Assembly: GCA_025363775.1 (NCBI GenBank)
Contig: JANYLG010000005.1
Coordinates: forward strand, 1-57,386
DNA length: 57,386 nt
Direction: 5' to 3'
Source of the DNA: Acidobacteriota bacterium
GTDB taxonomy: Bacteria > Acidobacteriota > Vicinamibacteria > Vicinamibacterales > Fen-181
This document shows positions 40,633-50,699 of the stretch, in pieces (within the stretch, counting starts at the first letter, position 1; every line of letters starts with the position of its first letter). The translations under genes and the position numbers were made by a program. The notes under the pieces were generated by a model. That model was not told where the DNA came from, ran no database searches, and saw only the letters and a list, made by a program, of their open reading frames with translations.

Positions 40633-43577
40633 TGCGCATGCGGGTTCCGTTCCTCGTCGCCCTGCTGGCCCTCCTCGCGGCCGTCGCGTCTTGGGCGCAG
40701 TCGCCGCCGCCTGCGTTTTCGGTGGACCAGTTCCTCGGGAAGTCGATCGCCGACGTGCGCCTGAGCATCGACGGGCGCGAGAGCCGCGACAAGGAGATCC
40801 TGCGCGTGCTCGAAACCGTGACCGGGGCGCCGCTCACGGCCGCGGCGGTGCGCGAGAGCATCATCCACCTGATGGCGCTCGCCCGGTTCGACGACGTCAA
40901 GGTGAGCGCGGAGATTGCGCCGGGCGGCGTCGTCCTCACGTACGACCTGGCGTCCGTTCACTCGGTGAAGTCGATCGAGTTTCGCGGCGACCTCGGTCTG
41001 CCGCTTCGTCAACTGCGCTCGGCGGTGGTCGATCGCTACTCCGCGTCGCCTCCGATCTCCCGGGCCGAGGAAATTGCGGCGATGCTCGAGCTTCTGTGCC
41101 GCGATCACGGGTTCCTGAAGGCGACGGTGCGGCCGGCCAACGAGGTTGCGCCCGATCCCGACCGCACGAGGCTGGTCTTTGACGTGACGGCCGGCCCGCC
41201 CGCACGGATTGGCACGGCGGAGGTTGAGGGGGCGCCCGGCGGCAACACAGGGGACGTGCTGTCACGCCTTGGCCTCCAGGCCGGCGCTCGATTCGACGGG
41301 CTGGCGCTCGAGGCGGCTGTCGTCAGGTACACCGAGGGGCTGCGCGCGAAGGGGTATCTCCAGGCGAAGGTCGAACCGGGCATCAGGTACTCGCCGGACC
41401 GTGAACAGGTGGACGTGACGGTTCGCATGACGCGCGGACCCCAGGTGAGCATCGCCTTCCGCGGCGATCCGCTGGCCGACAACCGCCGAAACCAGATTTC
41501 CGCGCTGCTGCGTGAGGGGGCTCTCGACGAAGACGTGCTGGAGAACCAGGAGCGCAGCATCGAGCAGGATCTCAGGGCACGCGGCTACCGCGACGCCTCC
41601 GCCCCCTTCACGCGGGAGCCACGCGGTGACAACTTCCTGCTCATTGTCTTCACGGTCACCAGGGGGCCGCAGTATCGCGTGGCCGCGGTGGAGCTGACGG
41701 GCAACCAGCAGGTGCCGCGCGCCCAGCTCCAGCTCGTCCTTCGAGTGGCACAGGGGCAGTGGTTCGTCAAGGCGCTCCTCGATGCCGATGCGTTGGCGAT
41801 CCAGGAGTTGTACCGACGCCAGGGCTTCAGAAGCGCCGAGGTGAAAGCGAGCACCGCGCCGCTGGGGAGCGACCCGACGCAGCTCGTGACGAGGTGTGCG
41901 ATCACCGAAGGCCCTCGGACGCTGATCAGCGGGATCGAATTCGAGCGCGTCTCGGCGCTGTCACGCATCGTCCTGGACCAGGCGATTAGATCCAAGGTCA
42001 ACGGGCCGTACTACCAGACCCAGATCGAGGCGGATCGCGAGGCCGTCCTCTTCCAGTACCAGACGCGCGGCTACCAGCAGGCTACGGTCACGGTGCCGCC
42101 CGGGATGAGCCAGGACGGGGCGCGCTTCAACCTGCGGTTTGTCGTAGCGGAAGGGCCGCAGAGCCTGATTGACCGCATCCTGATTGTCGGCAACATCCGG
42201 ACGAGGGCAGCCACGATCGATCGCGCGCTCGGACTCCAGCCCCGGACCCCGCTCTCGTTCCTGGCCCTTGCCGACGCGCAGCGCCGCCTGAGCGCGCTCG
42301 GCCTGTTCCGCAGGGTCCAGGTCGTGCCCCTGGAGCGGAACAGCGACGACCGGCGTGATGTGCTGGTCGTCGTGCAGGAAGCGCCAGCCAACTCGATCGG
42401 GTATGGCGGCGGCCTCGAGGGCGCGCTGCGGCTGCGGATGAATGCGCAGACCGGCCTGCCTGAGGAGCGCTTCGACCTGGCACCGCGCGGCTTCTTCGAA
42501 ATCGGCCGCCGGAACCTCTGGGGTAAGAACCGCTCGGTTGACCTGTTCGTACGGGGCGCCATCCGGTCGAGCGACCAGTTCAACCCCAATTCCCTGCCGA
42601 CGACCTCAACGGCCCCTCTGTTGGAGGATCCCAGGTCCGGGTTTCGCGAATACCGGGTGCTCGGCACGTACCGCGAACCGCGGTTCATGGACCTGCCGGT
42701 CGACGTCATCGTGACGGGTGCGATCGACCAGGCGATCCGCTCAACCTTCGACTTCAATCGCCGCCAGGTCTACGTCGAGGCGAGCCACCGGATCAGCTCG
42801 TCGCTCAGCGTGGCCGGACGGTATTCCGTCGGGCGCACCCGGCTGTTCAACGAGCGCATCGACCCTAAAAGCCAGCTTGATGTGGACAAAGTGTTCTCGA
42901 GAGTGAGACTGTCTGCGTTCTCCGCGTCCGCGGTCCGCAGCACGCGCGACGACGCGTTCGAGCCGACCAAGGGCACCCTCGCGGCGTTCGACGGGACGCT
43001 GGCGCCCCGCGCGATCGGGTCCGAGGTCGGCTTCGTCAAGGGCTACTGGCAGGGTTTCGTCTACAGGCAACTCTCCGCGCTCCGGGGCGCCGTCCTGGCG
43101 GGCGGCGCAAGGCTCGGCCTGGCATTCGGCTTTCCGCAGCTCGTGGTGAACTCGAGCGGTCAGACCGTGGTTCTGGAACAGGACCTGCCGGCCAGCGAAC
43201 GCTTCTTTGCCGGCGGCGACACGTCCGTGCGAGGGTTCGCGCTCGACCGGCTCGGGGCGAAGAGCACGCTGGACCAGAACGGCGTGTCGAACGGCGGCAA
43301 CGGCCTGGTGATTTTCAACGCCGAGTTGCGCGTTCCGCTCTGGCATCAGAAGTCGCTGGGCGGGGCGGTCTTCATCGATACGGGCAATGTGTTCGCGAAG
43401 GTCGGCGACATCAGCCTGGGGGAATTGCGAAGCGGCGTGGGATTCGGCATACGGTGGAAGTCGCCGGTGGGACCGCTTCGGGTGGACCTGGCGTGGAAAC
43501 TGAATCCCAGAACGTTCGCGAACGGCACGCGCGAGAGCCCGTTCGCCTGGTACGTGACGATCGGGCAGGCGTTCTAG
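40632..43577 (+). CDS. Omp85 (BamA/TamA) outer membrane protein with multiple POTRA domains
   Basis: Signal peptide, POTRA repeats, ERFFAGG..SVRGF, GPLRVD, C-terminal IGQAF. Confidence 0.9.
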   Translation: MRMRVPFLVALLALLAAVASWAQSPPPAFSVDQFLGKSIADVRLSIDGRESRDKEILRVLETVTGAPLTAAAVRESIIHLMALARFDDVKVSAEIAPGGVVLTYDLASVHSVKSIEFRGDLGLPLRQLRSAVVDRYSASPPISRAEEIAAMLELLCRDHGFLKATVRPANEVAPDPDRTRLVFDVTAGPPARIGTAEVEGAPGGNTGDVLSRLGLQAGARFDGLALEAAVVRYTEGLRAKGYLQAKVEPGIRYSPDREQVDVTVRMTRGPQVSIAFRGDPLADNRRNQISALLREGALDEDVLENQERSIEQDLRARGYRDASAPFTREPRGDNFLLIVFTVTRGPQYRVAAVELTGNQQVPRAQLQLVLRVAQGQWFVKALLDADALAIQELYRRQGFRSAEVKASTAPLGSDPTQLVTRCAITEGPRTLISGIEFERVSALSRIVLDQAIRSKVNGPYYQTQIEADREAVLFQYQTRGYQQATVTVPPGMSQDGARFNLRFVVAEGPQSLIDRILIVGNIRTRAATIDRALGLQPRTPLSFLALADAQRRLSALGLFRRVQVVPLERNSDDRRDVLVVVQEAPANSIGYGGGLEGALRLRMNAQTGLPEERFDLAPRGFFEIGRRNLWGKNRSVDLFVRGAIRSSDQFNPNSLPTTSTAPLLEDPRSGFREYRVLGTYREPRFMDLPVDVIVTGAIDQAIRSTFDFNRRQVYVEASHRISSSLSVAGRYSVGRTRLFNERIDPKSQLDVDKVFSRVRLSAFSASAVRSTRDDAFEPTKGTLAAFDGTLAPRAIGSEVGFVKGYWQGFVYRQLSALRGAVLAGGARLGLAFGFPQLVVNSSGQTVVLEQDLPASERFFAGGDTSVRGFALDRLGAKSTLDQNGVSNGGNGLVIFNAELRVPLWHQKSLGGAVFIDTGNVFAKVGDISLGELRSGVGFGIRWKSPVGPLRVDLAWKLNPRTFANGTRESPFAWYVTIGQAF

Positions 43578-43658
43578 CGAAGCTCCGCCTCGAGCCGCCG
43601 AGGGTTTCCCCTCGGCATCGGGAATTTAGAAGACGAAATGAGAAAGACAGAAGGCAGG

Positions 43659-44294
43659 ATGCGGAAGACGTCACCGGTACTGCTCGCCGTCGTCGCCGTG
43701 GGTCTCGGGCACCTCGCCGGCGCGGAGGTGATCGACCGCGTGCTGGCCGTCGTCGGCTCGCAGGTCGTGACGCTGTCCGACGTCCGGGCCGCGCAGACGT
43801 TCGCCCTTGTGCCGGCGGCGACGCCAGCCAAGACGACGAACGACGTGCTGGCCTACCTGGTGAACCGCCAGTTGATGCTCAGCGAGGTCGATCGCTACTC
43901 GGCCCCGGCCCCGGCTTCGGCCCTTCTGGACCGGCGGATGGCGCAGATTCGATCGACGTTCCCGGGGGCCGCGCAGTACGAGCAGGCGCTCGCCGGGACG
44001 GCGATGACCGAGGGACGGCTGCGGAACGTGATCGCCGACAACGTGAGGATCGAGACCTACGTGGACCAGCGGTTCGGCGCGGCGGCCCAGCCGACTTCCG
44101 AGGAAGTGCAGCGCTATTACCTGGAGCACCCGGCAGTCTTCACGCGGGATGGCCGCCTGGCGCCGTTCGACGACGTGCAGGTCCAGGCGCAGGAACGCCT
44201 GGCCGCCGAGCGGCGGCGCGCGCTGATCACCGACTGGCTGGACCGGCTCCGACGGCGGGCGTCTGTGACGACACTGTTGACGCCGGGGCGCTAG
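43659..44294 (+). CDS. SurA N-terminal-like periplasmic chaperone
   Basis: Signal peptide then EVIDRVLAVVG..VVTLSDV; C-terminal W...LRRRA.V; no PPIase domain. Start is 43659 or 43638. Confidence 0.75.
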   Translation: MRKTSPVLLAVVAVGLGHLAGAEVIDRVLAVVGSQVVTLSDVRAAQTFALVPAATPAKTTNDVLAYLVNRQLMLSEVDRYSAPAPASALLDRRMAQIRSTFPGAAQYEQALAGTAMTEGRLRNVIADNVRIETYVDQRFGAAAQPTSEEVQRYYLEHPAVFTRDGRLAPFDDVQVQAQERLAAERRRALITDWLDRLRRRASVTTLLTPGR

Positions 44295-44315
44295 TATTTC
44301 GGCGGCCCGAACCGT

Positions 44316-45821
44316 CTATCGCGGGACGGCGAAGATCCTGACTTCCGGCCCAGGGTGTTCCGGCGATGGCTGCACGGCGAAAACCAGCGTCAGTCGCTTG
44401 AAGAGGTCCTGGTAGGCCAGGTACTGGGGTTGGAACTGATTCGGGGCTGCAAAGAACCGCTCGTAGACGGCTGACGTCGCCACGACGTAGTCGACATTCC
44501 CGCCAAGATAGAAGTCGAGTCCCTTGTCCGTCACCGACCGCACGTACTCCACCTGGTAGCGCCCTGCCGGAAATTGCAGCGCGGCGGCCTCGTGGATCAC
44601 GCGGGCCCCAGGCTTCACGTTCTGCGTGATCCAGTCGAACGCCAGCGCGTAGGTCCACCGACGAGCGATCCCGCGATCGAACGAGACCGATGTGATCGCG
44701 GGTTGTACCAACGTGGCGGCGGTCAGCGCCACGATCGCGGCCGTCCTGACCGCGCGCGGCACCGCAAAACGCCGGAACCAGCCCACGCCCGACACGACCG
44801 CCACGGCCACCAGCAGGCAGACGAACGGGATCGCCGGCATCAGGTAACGCCCGAAGATCCGGGTCCGGTCGATGATCATCAACCAGAAGATCGGGAGGAA
44901 CACGAGGACCATCGCAAATCTCGCGCGCTCGGGCCCGCGGACGACGCGAACGGCGAAGAGCATCAGCCCGGTACCCGCGAGCAGGAGGCTTGGCCACCCC
45001 ATGGCGTTACTTAGGTGCTTCAGATAGATCTGCCAGCCTGGTTCAGCCGAAGTGGCGCGTTTCGGAACGGCGGCCGCGAGGCCGCCGAAACCGTCGAGAA
45101 ATGCGGGGAGATCAAGGACGGTGTAAGGCGCAACGACGAGGAACGCCGCGAAGAACGCGGCGAGCGTCACCAGGACGTGGCGGAACCGGGCCTGCAGCGG
45201 CACCGTCAGCATGATGGCAGCCACCAGCGGCACCAGGATCGACACCCAGGCTGTGTACTTGGTGCCGGCCGCCAGCCCTGCCGCGGCGCCCGCCCACGCA
45301 AACGCCGGCGTCGATCCCTGCTCGTGCGCCCGCAGCGACAGGACGAGCGCCAGAGTCACGAAAAACGTCATCGGCACGTCGGTCAGCACGTAGTGCGATT
45401 CACGGACGTGGATCGGCACGACGGCGAACACGGCCGCCGCGAGCAGCGCCTGACGCATGCCCCAGCGGGTTCCCGCGAGGTAGACGAGGTACACGGTGGC
45501 CGTGCCGAACGCGGCCGTGAGCGCGCGTCCCCAGAGATAGAAGTCGTAGTCGCTGACCTGCGCGAGCGACGACCACGCGCCCGCCGACGCCCCGGCCAGG
45601 AACCGGACGACGATGACCGCCGCCTGCAGGTACAGGTAGAGACCCGGGTAGTCGAAAAAGTGCGGATTGAAGTCACCGGTCTTCACCATCGTGAGCGACC
45701 GGATCATGATCTGCGGTTCGTCGACTCCCAGCGACGAAGGCAGGCCGCCTCCGAGCCCCCAGAAACGCAGCACGGCCGCGACGGCCATGATGAGGCCGAT
45801 CACGAGCACAGATGTCCGCAT
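44316..45821 (-). CDS. GT-C membrane glycosyltransferase (GT39/PMT/ArnT-like)
   Basis: LRFWGL..G....DE, NPHFFDYP, SHYVLTDVP, GTKY, RYLMP; many TM helices. Confidence 0.85.
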   Translation of the reverse strand: MRTSVLVIGLIMAVAAVLRFWGLGGGLPSSLGVDEPQIMIRSLTMVKTGDFNPHFFDYPGLYLYLQAAVIVVRFLAGASAGAWSSLAQVSDYDFYLWGRALTAAFGTATVYLVYLAGTRWGMRQALLAAAVFAVVPIHVRESHYVLTDVPMTFFVTLALVLSLRAHEQGSTPAFAWAGAAAGLAAGTKYTAWVSILVPLVAAIMLTVPLQARFRHVLVTLAAFFAAFLVVAPYTVLDLPAFLDGFGGLAAAVPKRATSAEPGWQIYLKHLSNAMGWPSLLLAGTGLMLFAVRVVRGPERARFAMVLVFLPIFWLMIIDRTRIFGRYLMPAIPFVCLLVAVAVVSGVGWFRRFAVPRAVRTAAIVALTAATLVQPAITSVSFDRGIARRWTYALAFDWITQNVKPGARVIHEAAALQFPAGRYQVEYVRSVTDKGLDFYLGGNVDYVVATSAVYERFFAAPNQFQPQYLAYQDLFKRLTLVFAVQPSPEHPGPEVRIFAVPR

Positions 45822-45912
45822 ATCGCTGGCTGTGTGCCGCTCGCGCTCTATCACCGCGTTCCTCGCGTCGATCGGCGGGCCTGACGCCCCGCCCAATTCC
45901 CAGCGCCTCATT

Positions 45913-47163
45913 CTAGCCCAGCAGTCGCTGGTACAGCGCCATTGTTCTCTCAGCCACCGCGTCCCACGAGAACTCGCGTTCCACGAGTGCGCGGCCGGCA
46001 TCACCGAGCGCCGCGAGGCGACCACGCCGGGCCATCGCGTCGAGCAGGGCATCGGCGAGTGCGTCAGGATCTCCAGGCGGAACCAGCCAGCCGGTCTCTC
46101 CGGGGCGGACCTTGTCCGGCAACCCTCCCGCCGTCGTCGCCACGACGGCGCGGCGGTGGGCCATCGCCTCGAGCGTGACCAGCGAGCTGCCCTCGTAGAG
46201 CGTCGGGTGAACGAAGAGGTCAGCCGCCTCGTACCACGCGTGGAGGTCTGCTGAACTCGTCCGACCCATCAGCCGGACGCGGTCGGTGAGCCCGAGGGCC
46301 GCAAGCTGGCGCTGGATCGTCGCCCGGAATGGGCCGTCGCCAATCAGCACCCAGTACCACGAGCGGCCACGAAGCGCGGCAAGCGCCTGCGCGAGCACGT
46401 GGAAGCCCTTGTTCTGCTCGAGGCGGCCCACGCTGACCAGGAGGCACTCAGCGTCCGCCGGGACGAACCGGCGCATGTGATGGCCATCGGCCGGCCGGGC
46501 GAGCGATTCGCACGTGTCGAGGTCAATCGCGTTGGGAATCGTCGCCATGCGATCGGTCCCGACGTTCAGGTAGCGCTGCACGGACGGCTCGATCGACCGG
46601 TCGGTGGCAATCACGCACTCCGCCCTGTTCGCGCACGCTCGAACCGCCCAGCGAAGCGGGGCGTATCCGAGGCTCTTGAGGTGCCCGCCCGCGAACCGGC
46701 TCCCGGTGCCTCCGAATTCCTCGAGGCCCTGCGGGTTCAACACCAGCGGGGCCCGCGCACGAAGAGCCGGCCGGGCCAGCGCATAGCCCAGCACGCTGGC
46801 GCCGAGGCCATGGACAATGTCCACGTCGCCCGACTCGACCAGGCGGCCGGCCAGGCGCCCGGCGCGCATGCCGAACAGCGGATAGGCGGTGCTGCGATCG
46901 AGAACGGTGGTGCCGCGTCGGCCCGCGAACGGGAAGGTCGTGTACGGGACGAACCGGACCGTCAGCGGCGCACCGCTGCCGATGGTGGCGGCCGCGTCCT
47001 CCGGGGTGATGGCGGTGCCAGGGGTTCGCGTGATCAGGTTGACCCCGATCCCGCGTTTCGCCAGGTGACGCGCGAGATCCGCCACGTGACGCTCGAGTCC
47101 GCCGTATCCGTGCAACGGGTAGACGGCGCGCGACACGATCGCGACGCGCAGCTGTTCACGCAT
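45913..47163 (-). CDS. Glycosyltransferase family 4
   Basis: GGLERHV, GRL..NKG, EGSSLVTLEAMA (ExxxxxxxE motif). Confidence 0.92.
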   Translation of the reverse strand: MREQLRVAIVSRAVYPLHGYGGLERHVADLARHLAKRGIGVNLITRTPGTAITPEDAAATIGSGAPLTVRFVPYTTFPFAGRRGTTVLDRSTAYPLFGMRAGRLAGRLVESGDVDIVHGLGASVLGYALARPALRARAPLVLNPQGLEEFGGTGSRFAGGHLKSLGYAPLRWAVRACANRAECVIATDRSIEPSVQRYLNVGTDRMATIPNAIDLDTCESLARPADGHHMRRFVPADAECLLVSVGRLEQNKGFHVLAQALAALRGRSWYWVLIGDGPFRATIQRQLAALGLTDRVRLMGRTSSADLHAWYEAADLFVHPTLYEGSSLVTLEAMAHRRAVVATTAGGLPDKVRPGETGWLVPPGDPDALADALLDAMARRGRLAALGDAGRALVEREFSWDAVAERTMALYQRLLG

Positions 47164-48409
47164 GGCCGGATGTCACTTCGAGATACACGCCCTCGATACG
47201 CTCCACCACGCGGTCCGCAGAGAAGTTGGCCTCGACGTGCTCCCGTGCCGCCGCGCCGAGCCGAGCGGATAGCGCTGGATCGCCGACCAGCCGCGCCACA
47301 TCGTCCGCCAGCGCTTCGGCGCTCGACGACAGCAGCCCGGTACGACCGGGGATGACGATGTCGCGGGTGCCGCCCGTGTCCATCGCGGCAATCGGAATCC
47401 CGAGCGCGCTGGCCTCGAGGAGGACGCGACTGAGCGATTCTGGGCCCTGTGACGGAAAGACCAGCAGCGACGCCGCGCCCAGCCAGCCGAGCGCTTCTTC
47501 CCTTGGCAGCCACCCGGTGAGCCTGATCTCCCGCGACGACTCGCGTGCCCAGCGTTCGACCAGCGGGCGATCGGGGCCGTCCCCGATGACGACGAGCGGC
47601 CACCGAAGGTCCGCGCGATCGACCGCGATCGGCAGCTTGTGCGTGCCCTTGTTGGGCGCAAGCTTGCCCATGTAGAGGGCGAACGGATTCCGAGCGGACG
47701 GTCGATGAGTTCGGGCGGCTGCGCGGATCGATTCGATGTCCACGGGATTCGGAATGGTGACGGTCCGCCCGGGCAGAAGGCCGACGGCACGCGCCGAGAG
47801 ATCCCGCGCGATCGTCGAGCTCACGGCAATCACGCGGCTGGCCCGGGAGAGCGCCTGCTGCTTGCGTGCCAGGTTCGCCCGCATGTAGGGCAGGAGCGGC
47901 ACCGCCAGAGGCCACGCGGCGCCGGCCCTCGGCCGGATGCAGCGCAGCATGCCGGACGTCGAGCAGGCAGGGCACAAGGCGTCCGCGCCCGGATCGTGAA
48001 TGAGATCCGACCAGTAGCAGACCGGCCAGTTGTCGCGCACGGTGGCGACCGAGGGAATGCCGGCCGCAGCCGCGGCGTTGACGGCCGCCGGGATCGTCAT
48101 GACGTGCTGGCCGTGGACGACCTGCGCGCCGGACTCCGCGATCACGCTGCGAAGGACATCGGCCAGCCGCGCCGTGAGCCGCTCGTTCTTCAGGTAGTTT
48201 CGCGCAAACGGGATCGGGGGTGCGAAGACGCCAATCTCGCGCACGACCAAGCCGTCGTACTCGCGCTGCCCGTCGGGCCGCCCCGGCCGGGGCTGGACGA
48301 TCGTCAGTTGGTGCCCGCGCGCCCGAAGCCCGCGCGCCAGTTCATAGGTGCTCCAGCCGCTGCCCCCGCAGCCGGGTGGAAACGAATCGGTGACGATGAG
48401 CACCTTCAT
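47156..48409 (-). CDS. Glycosyltransferase family 4 with Cys-rich insert
   Basis: MKVLIVTDSFPP, WPVC...CPAC...C, ESLSRVLLEA. Confidence 0.9.
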   Translation of the reverse strand: MKVLIVTDSFPPGCGGSGWSTYELARGLRARGHQLTIVQPRPGRPDGQREYDGLVVREIGVFAPPIPFARNYLKNERLTARLADVLRSVIAESGAQVVHGQHVMTIPAAVNAAAAAGIPSVATVRDNWPVCYWSDLIHDPGADALCPACSTSGMLRCIRPRAGAAWPLAVPLLPYMRANLARKQQALSRASRVIAVSSTIARDLSARAVGLLPGRTVTIPNPVDIESIRAAARTHRPSARNPFALYMGKLAPNKGTHKLPIAVDRADLRWPLVVIGDGPDRPLVERWARESSREIRLTGWLPREEALGWLGAASLLVFPSQGPESLSRVLLEASALGIPIAAMDTGGTRDIVIPGRTGLLSSSAEALADDVARLVGDPALSARLGAAAREHVEANFSADRVVERIEGVYLEVTSGHA

Positions 48410-49611
48410 GATGTCGTGCCCCGCGCGCGGCCGCGCCTCGTCAGCGCCTGCTCGATGGCCCCCTGCAGACGGGCACAGTGTCCCGCCCAGCTGAACTCGT
48501 TGACCGCGCGGGCCCGCGCGGCCGCGCCGAGTCGCCTGCGCGTCTCGACATCCTGCAACCGTTCGACCGCCAGGGCGAGCGCGAGGGGCTCGCGCGGGTC
48601 GTACAACAGGCCTTCGCGCCCATCGCCGACGAGGCGGCGGATGCCGTCGATGGCGGGAGCCACCACGGCGAGGCCCGAGGCCATGTACTCGAAGACCTTG
48701 AGCGGCGACCAGTAGAACGCGAGCGACAGCGGGGGATGCGCCGCCGCGTCGAACGGCGCCGCGCCGATGTCGGCGGCGGCCAGCAGCGCCGGCATCCCGT
48801 CGTGCGCGACGGGCCCGGTGAATGTCACGCCGCCCAGTCCCTCGGCCGCTTTCCTGACGCGCGGCAGTTCCGGGCCGTCCCCCGCCAGGACGGCGGTCAC
48901 GCTCGTGATCCCTTGTGTCCGCAGGTGCCGGATTGCCTCGACCAGGTGAATGGCGCCATGCCACGCCCGAAACGCGCCGGCGAAGACCACGACGAGTTCT
49001 CCGGGGTGGCGCGAGAACGGCACCGGCCCGTCAGCGCCCGGCCGGAATCGCTCCGTGTCGGCACCCCACTCGAGTTCGACGACCCGGTCGGCCTGGAGCC
49101 AGGCGGGCAGGATGGCTCGGCTCGGCGACACGATCAGGTCGGCCGTGCGGCACTGCCAGTCGCGCCACCGCCGCATCGGTTCCACGAGGAGCGCGAGGTC
49201 CAGCCGGTGCTTGGGCGAGCCCGGGTAGTCGATGACTGGCGCATTCACCTCGAGGACCGCGAGCGCTCCCGAGCGAGCCGCAGTCCGCATCCCTTCGCCG
49301 CCGAAATTGAAGTACCGCTCCATCACGACGTCGGGGCGAAGCGTGCGGGCGATGGCTGCCACCCGCCCGGCCCTCGCCAGCCGCAGGTGCGGGCTGCCAA
49401 GCGGGGGAGACAGCTCGTGCCAGTGGACCGCGCCCAGGGGGAAGCCTTCTGCGCCGCGCCGCACGAGCACGTGCACCTCGTGCCCCAGGGCGGCCAACCC
49501 CTCGGCAACCGCCTGCACGTGCACCGATCCGCCTCTGGTCCCGGGCACGGTCTGATCGATGGCGCAGTAGAGAATCCTCATCGGGGCTTGGTGAGATCCG
49601 TGGTTGTTCAT
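48406..49611 (-). CDS. Glycosyltransferase family 4
   Basis: GGSVHV, EVNAP, WHG, SPLKVFEYMASG. Start is 49611 or 49581. Confidence 0.9.
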   Translation of the reverse strand: MNNHGSHQAPMRILYCAIDQTVPGTRGGSVHVQAVAEGLAALGHEVHVLVRRGAEGFPLGAVHWHELSPPLGSPHLRLARAGRVAAIARTLRPDVVMERYFNFGGEGMRTAARSGALAVLEVNAPVIDYPGSPKHRLDLALLVEPMRRWRDWQCRTADLIVSPSRAILPAWLQADRVVELEWGADTERFRPGADGPVPFSRHPGELVVVFAGAFRAWHGAIHLVEAIRHLRTQGITSVTAVLAGDGPELPRVRKAAEGLGGVTFTGPVAHDGMPALLAAADIGAAPFDAAAHPPLSLAFYWSPLKVFEYMASGLAVVAPAIDGIRRLVGDGREGLLYDPREPLALALAVERLQDVETRRRLGAAARARAVNEFSWAGHCARLQGAIEQALTRRGRARGTTS

Positions 49612-50699
49612 TCCGGGCGCTTCTCCAGCAGCGCGAAGAACGGCCCCGACTTCACCCGCCCGAAGAGCACCACGTCGAGCTTCATCAGCATCGTCAGTGC
49701 CCGGAGGCCCTGCAGCACCGGGCCGCCGTGCGCGATGCGGTCTTTCGCCTCGCTCCGCGCCGCCCGCGCATACTCGGCCCGCGACCCAGCCGCGTTCACG
49801 CCGGCGTCGCCCTTCGGCGGACCGCCCGTGTTCGCCAGGCGCGCCGCTCGCCTGGCGGCCCTTCGCGCGAGCCACTGCTCGGCCGAGCGCACCATGATGT
49901 TCTCGACGACGCCGCCAACGAGCGGCGTGTAGTAGCGGATGCGCGCAATGCGGAAGCCCGCTTCGCCGACTGTCCGCTCGAGGTCCGGGAGGTCCACGAG
50001 CGGATTGAGATGGTCCGACTTCCGCAGGTGTTCCTGCGTGAGATCGACCGCGCCAACCCGGTGCATGAGGCCCGCGATCCAGTTGATGAACCGGAGCCCG
50101 AGCGCAAGGCGCGAGTTCTTCCGCACATGACTGTAGACGAACAGCTGCCCGCCCGGCTGGAGCACGCGTGACGCCTCGCGCAGCACGCCCGCCAGGCCTT
50201 CGCGGGACAGGTGCTCGAACACGTCGAGCGCGTATCCCTTCGTGAACACGCCATCGGCGAACGGCAGTTTCCGGAGATCGCCGAGCGCGAGATCGGCGCC
50301 GGCCAGGGCTTCGTGCGCGAAAAACGGGCTGACATCCACGCCAACCTGGTAGGCACCGCGGTCCTGGTTCCAGACGAGCGAGCGGCCGCTGCCGCAGCCG
50401 AGATCGATGACCAGATCTGCCGCCCCAAGGCGGAGGAACTCGCGCAGCATGTCGTTGCGAACGCCCGAGGCGAGCAGCGGCGGAGACACCCGCTCGTGCC
50501 GGGCATCGGCGTGCAGCGACTCGTCCAGGTAGCGCGTCTGCTCGTCGAAGACCGCCTTCGGCCGAAGGTCGAGGTAGCCGGCCGTCCCGTCGAAGGACCG
50601 GCCGCAGGCCCCGCAGGTCGCCGCGGTTAGACGGTTCGCGCTCAGAACCCCGCCGCAATCCGGGCAGCGCGCGATTGTCAGGAGTCGTTCGGAGATCAC
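49608..50699 (-). CDS. Class I SAM-dependent methyltransferase with N-terminal Trm112-like zinc ribbon
   Basis: CPDC..CGAC, IDLGCGSGR, LPFADG.F, LDVFEHL, RVLQPGG. GTGA overlap with the upstream gene. Confidence 0.88.
   Translation of the reverse strand: MISERLLTIARCPDCGGVLSANRLTAATCGACGRSFDGTAGYLDLRPKAVFDEQTRYLDESLHADARHERVSPPLLASGVRNDMLREFLRLGAADLVIDLGCGSGRSLVWNQDRGAYQVGVDVSPFFAHEALAGADLALGDLRKLPFADGVFTKGYALDVFEHLSREGLAGVLREASRVLQPGGQLFVYSHVRKNSRLALGLRFINWIAGLMHRVGAVDLTQEHLRKSDHLNPLVDLPDLERTVGEAGFRIARIRYYTPLVGGVVENIMVRSAEQWLARRAARRAARLANTGGPPKGDAGVNAAGSRAEYARAARSEAKDRIAHGGPVLQGLRALTMLMKLDVVLFGRVKSGPFFALLEKRPE

Noticed and set aside
43597..43616. Hairpin GCCGAGGG-TTTC-CCCTCGGC as an intrinsic terminator
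   Set aside because: There is no U-tract on either side and the next gene is co-oriented; it may only be a stability element.
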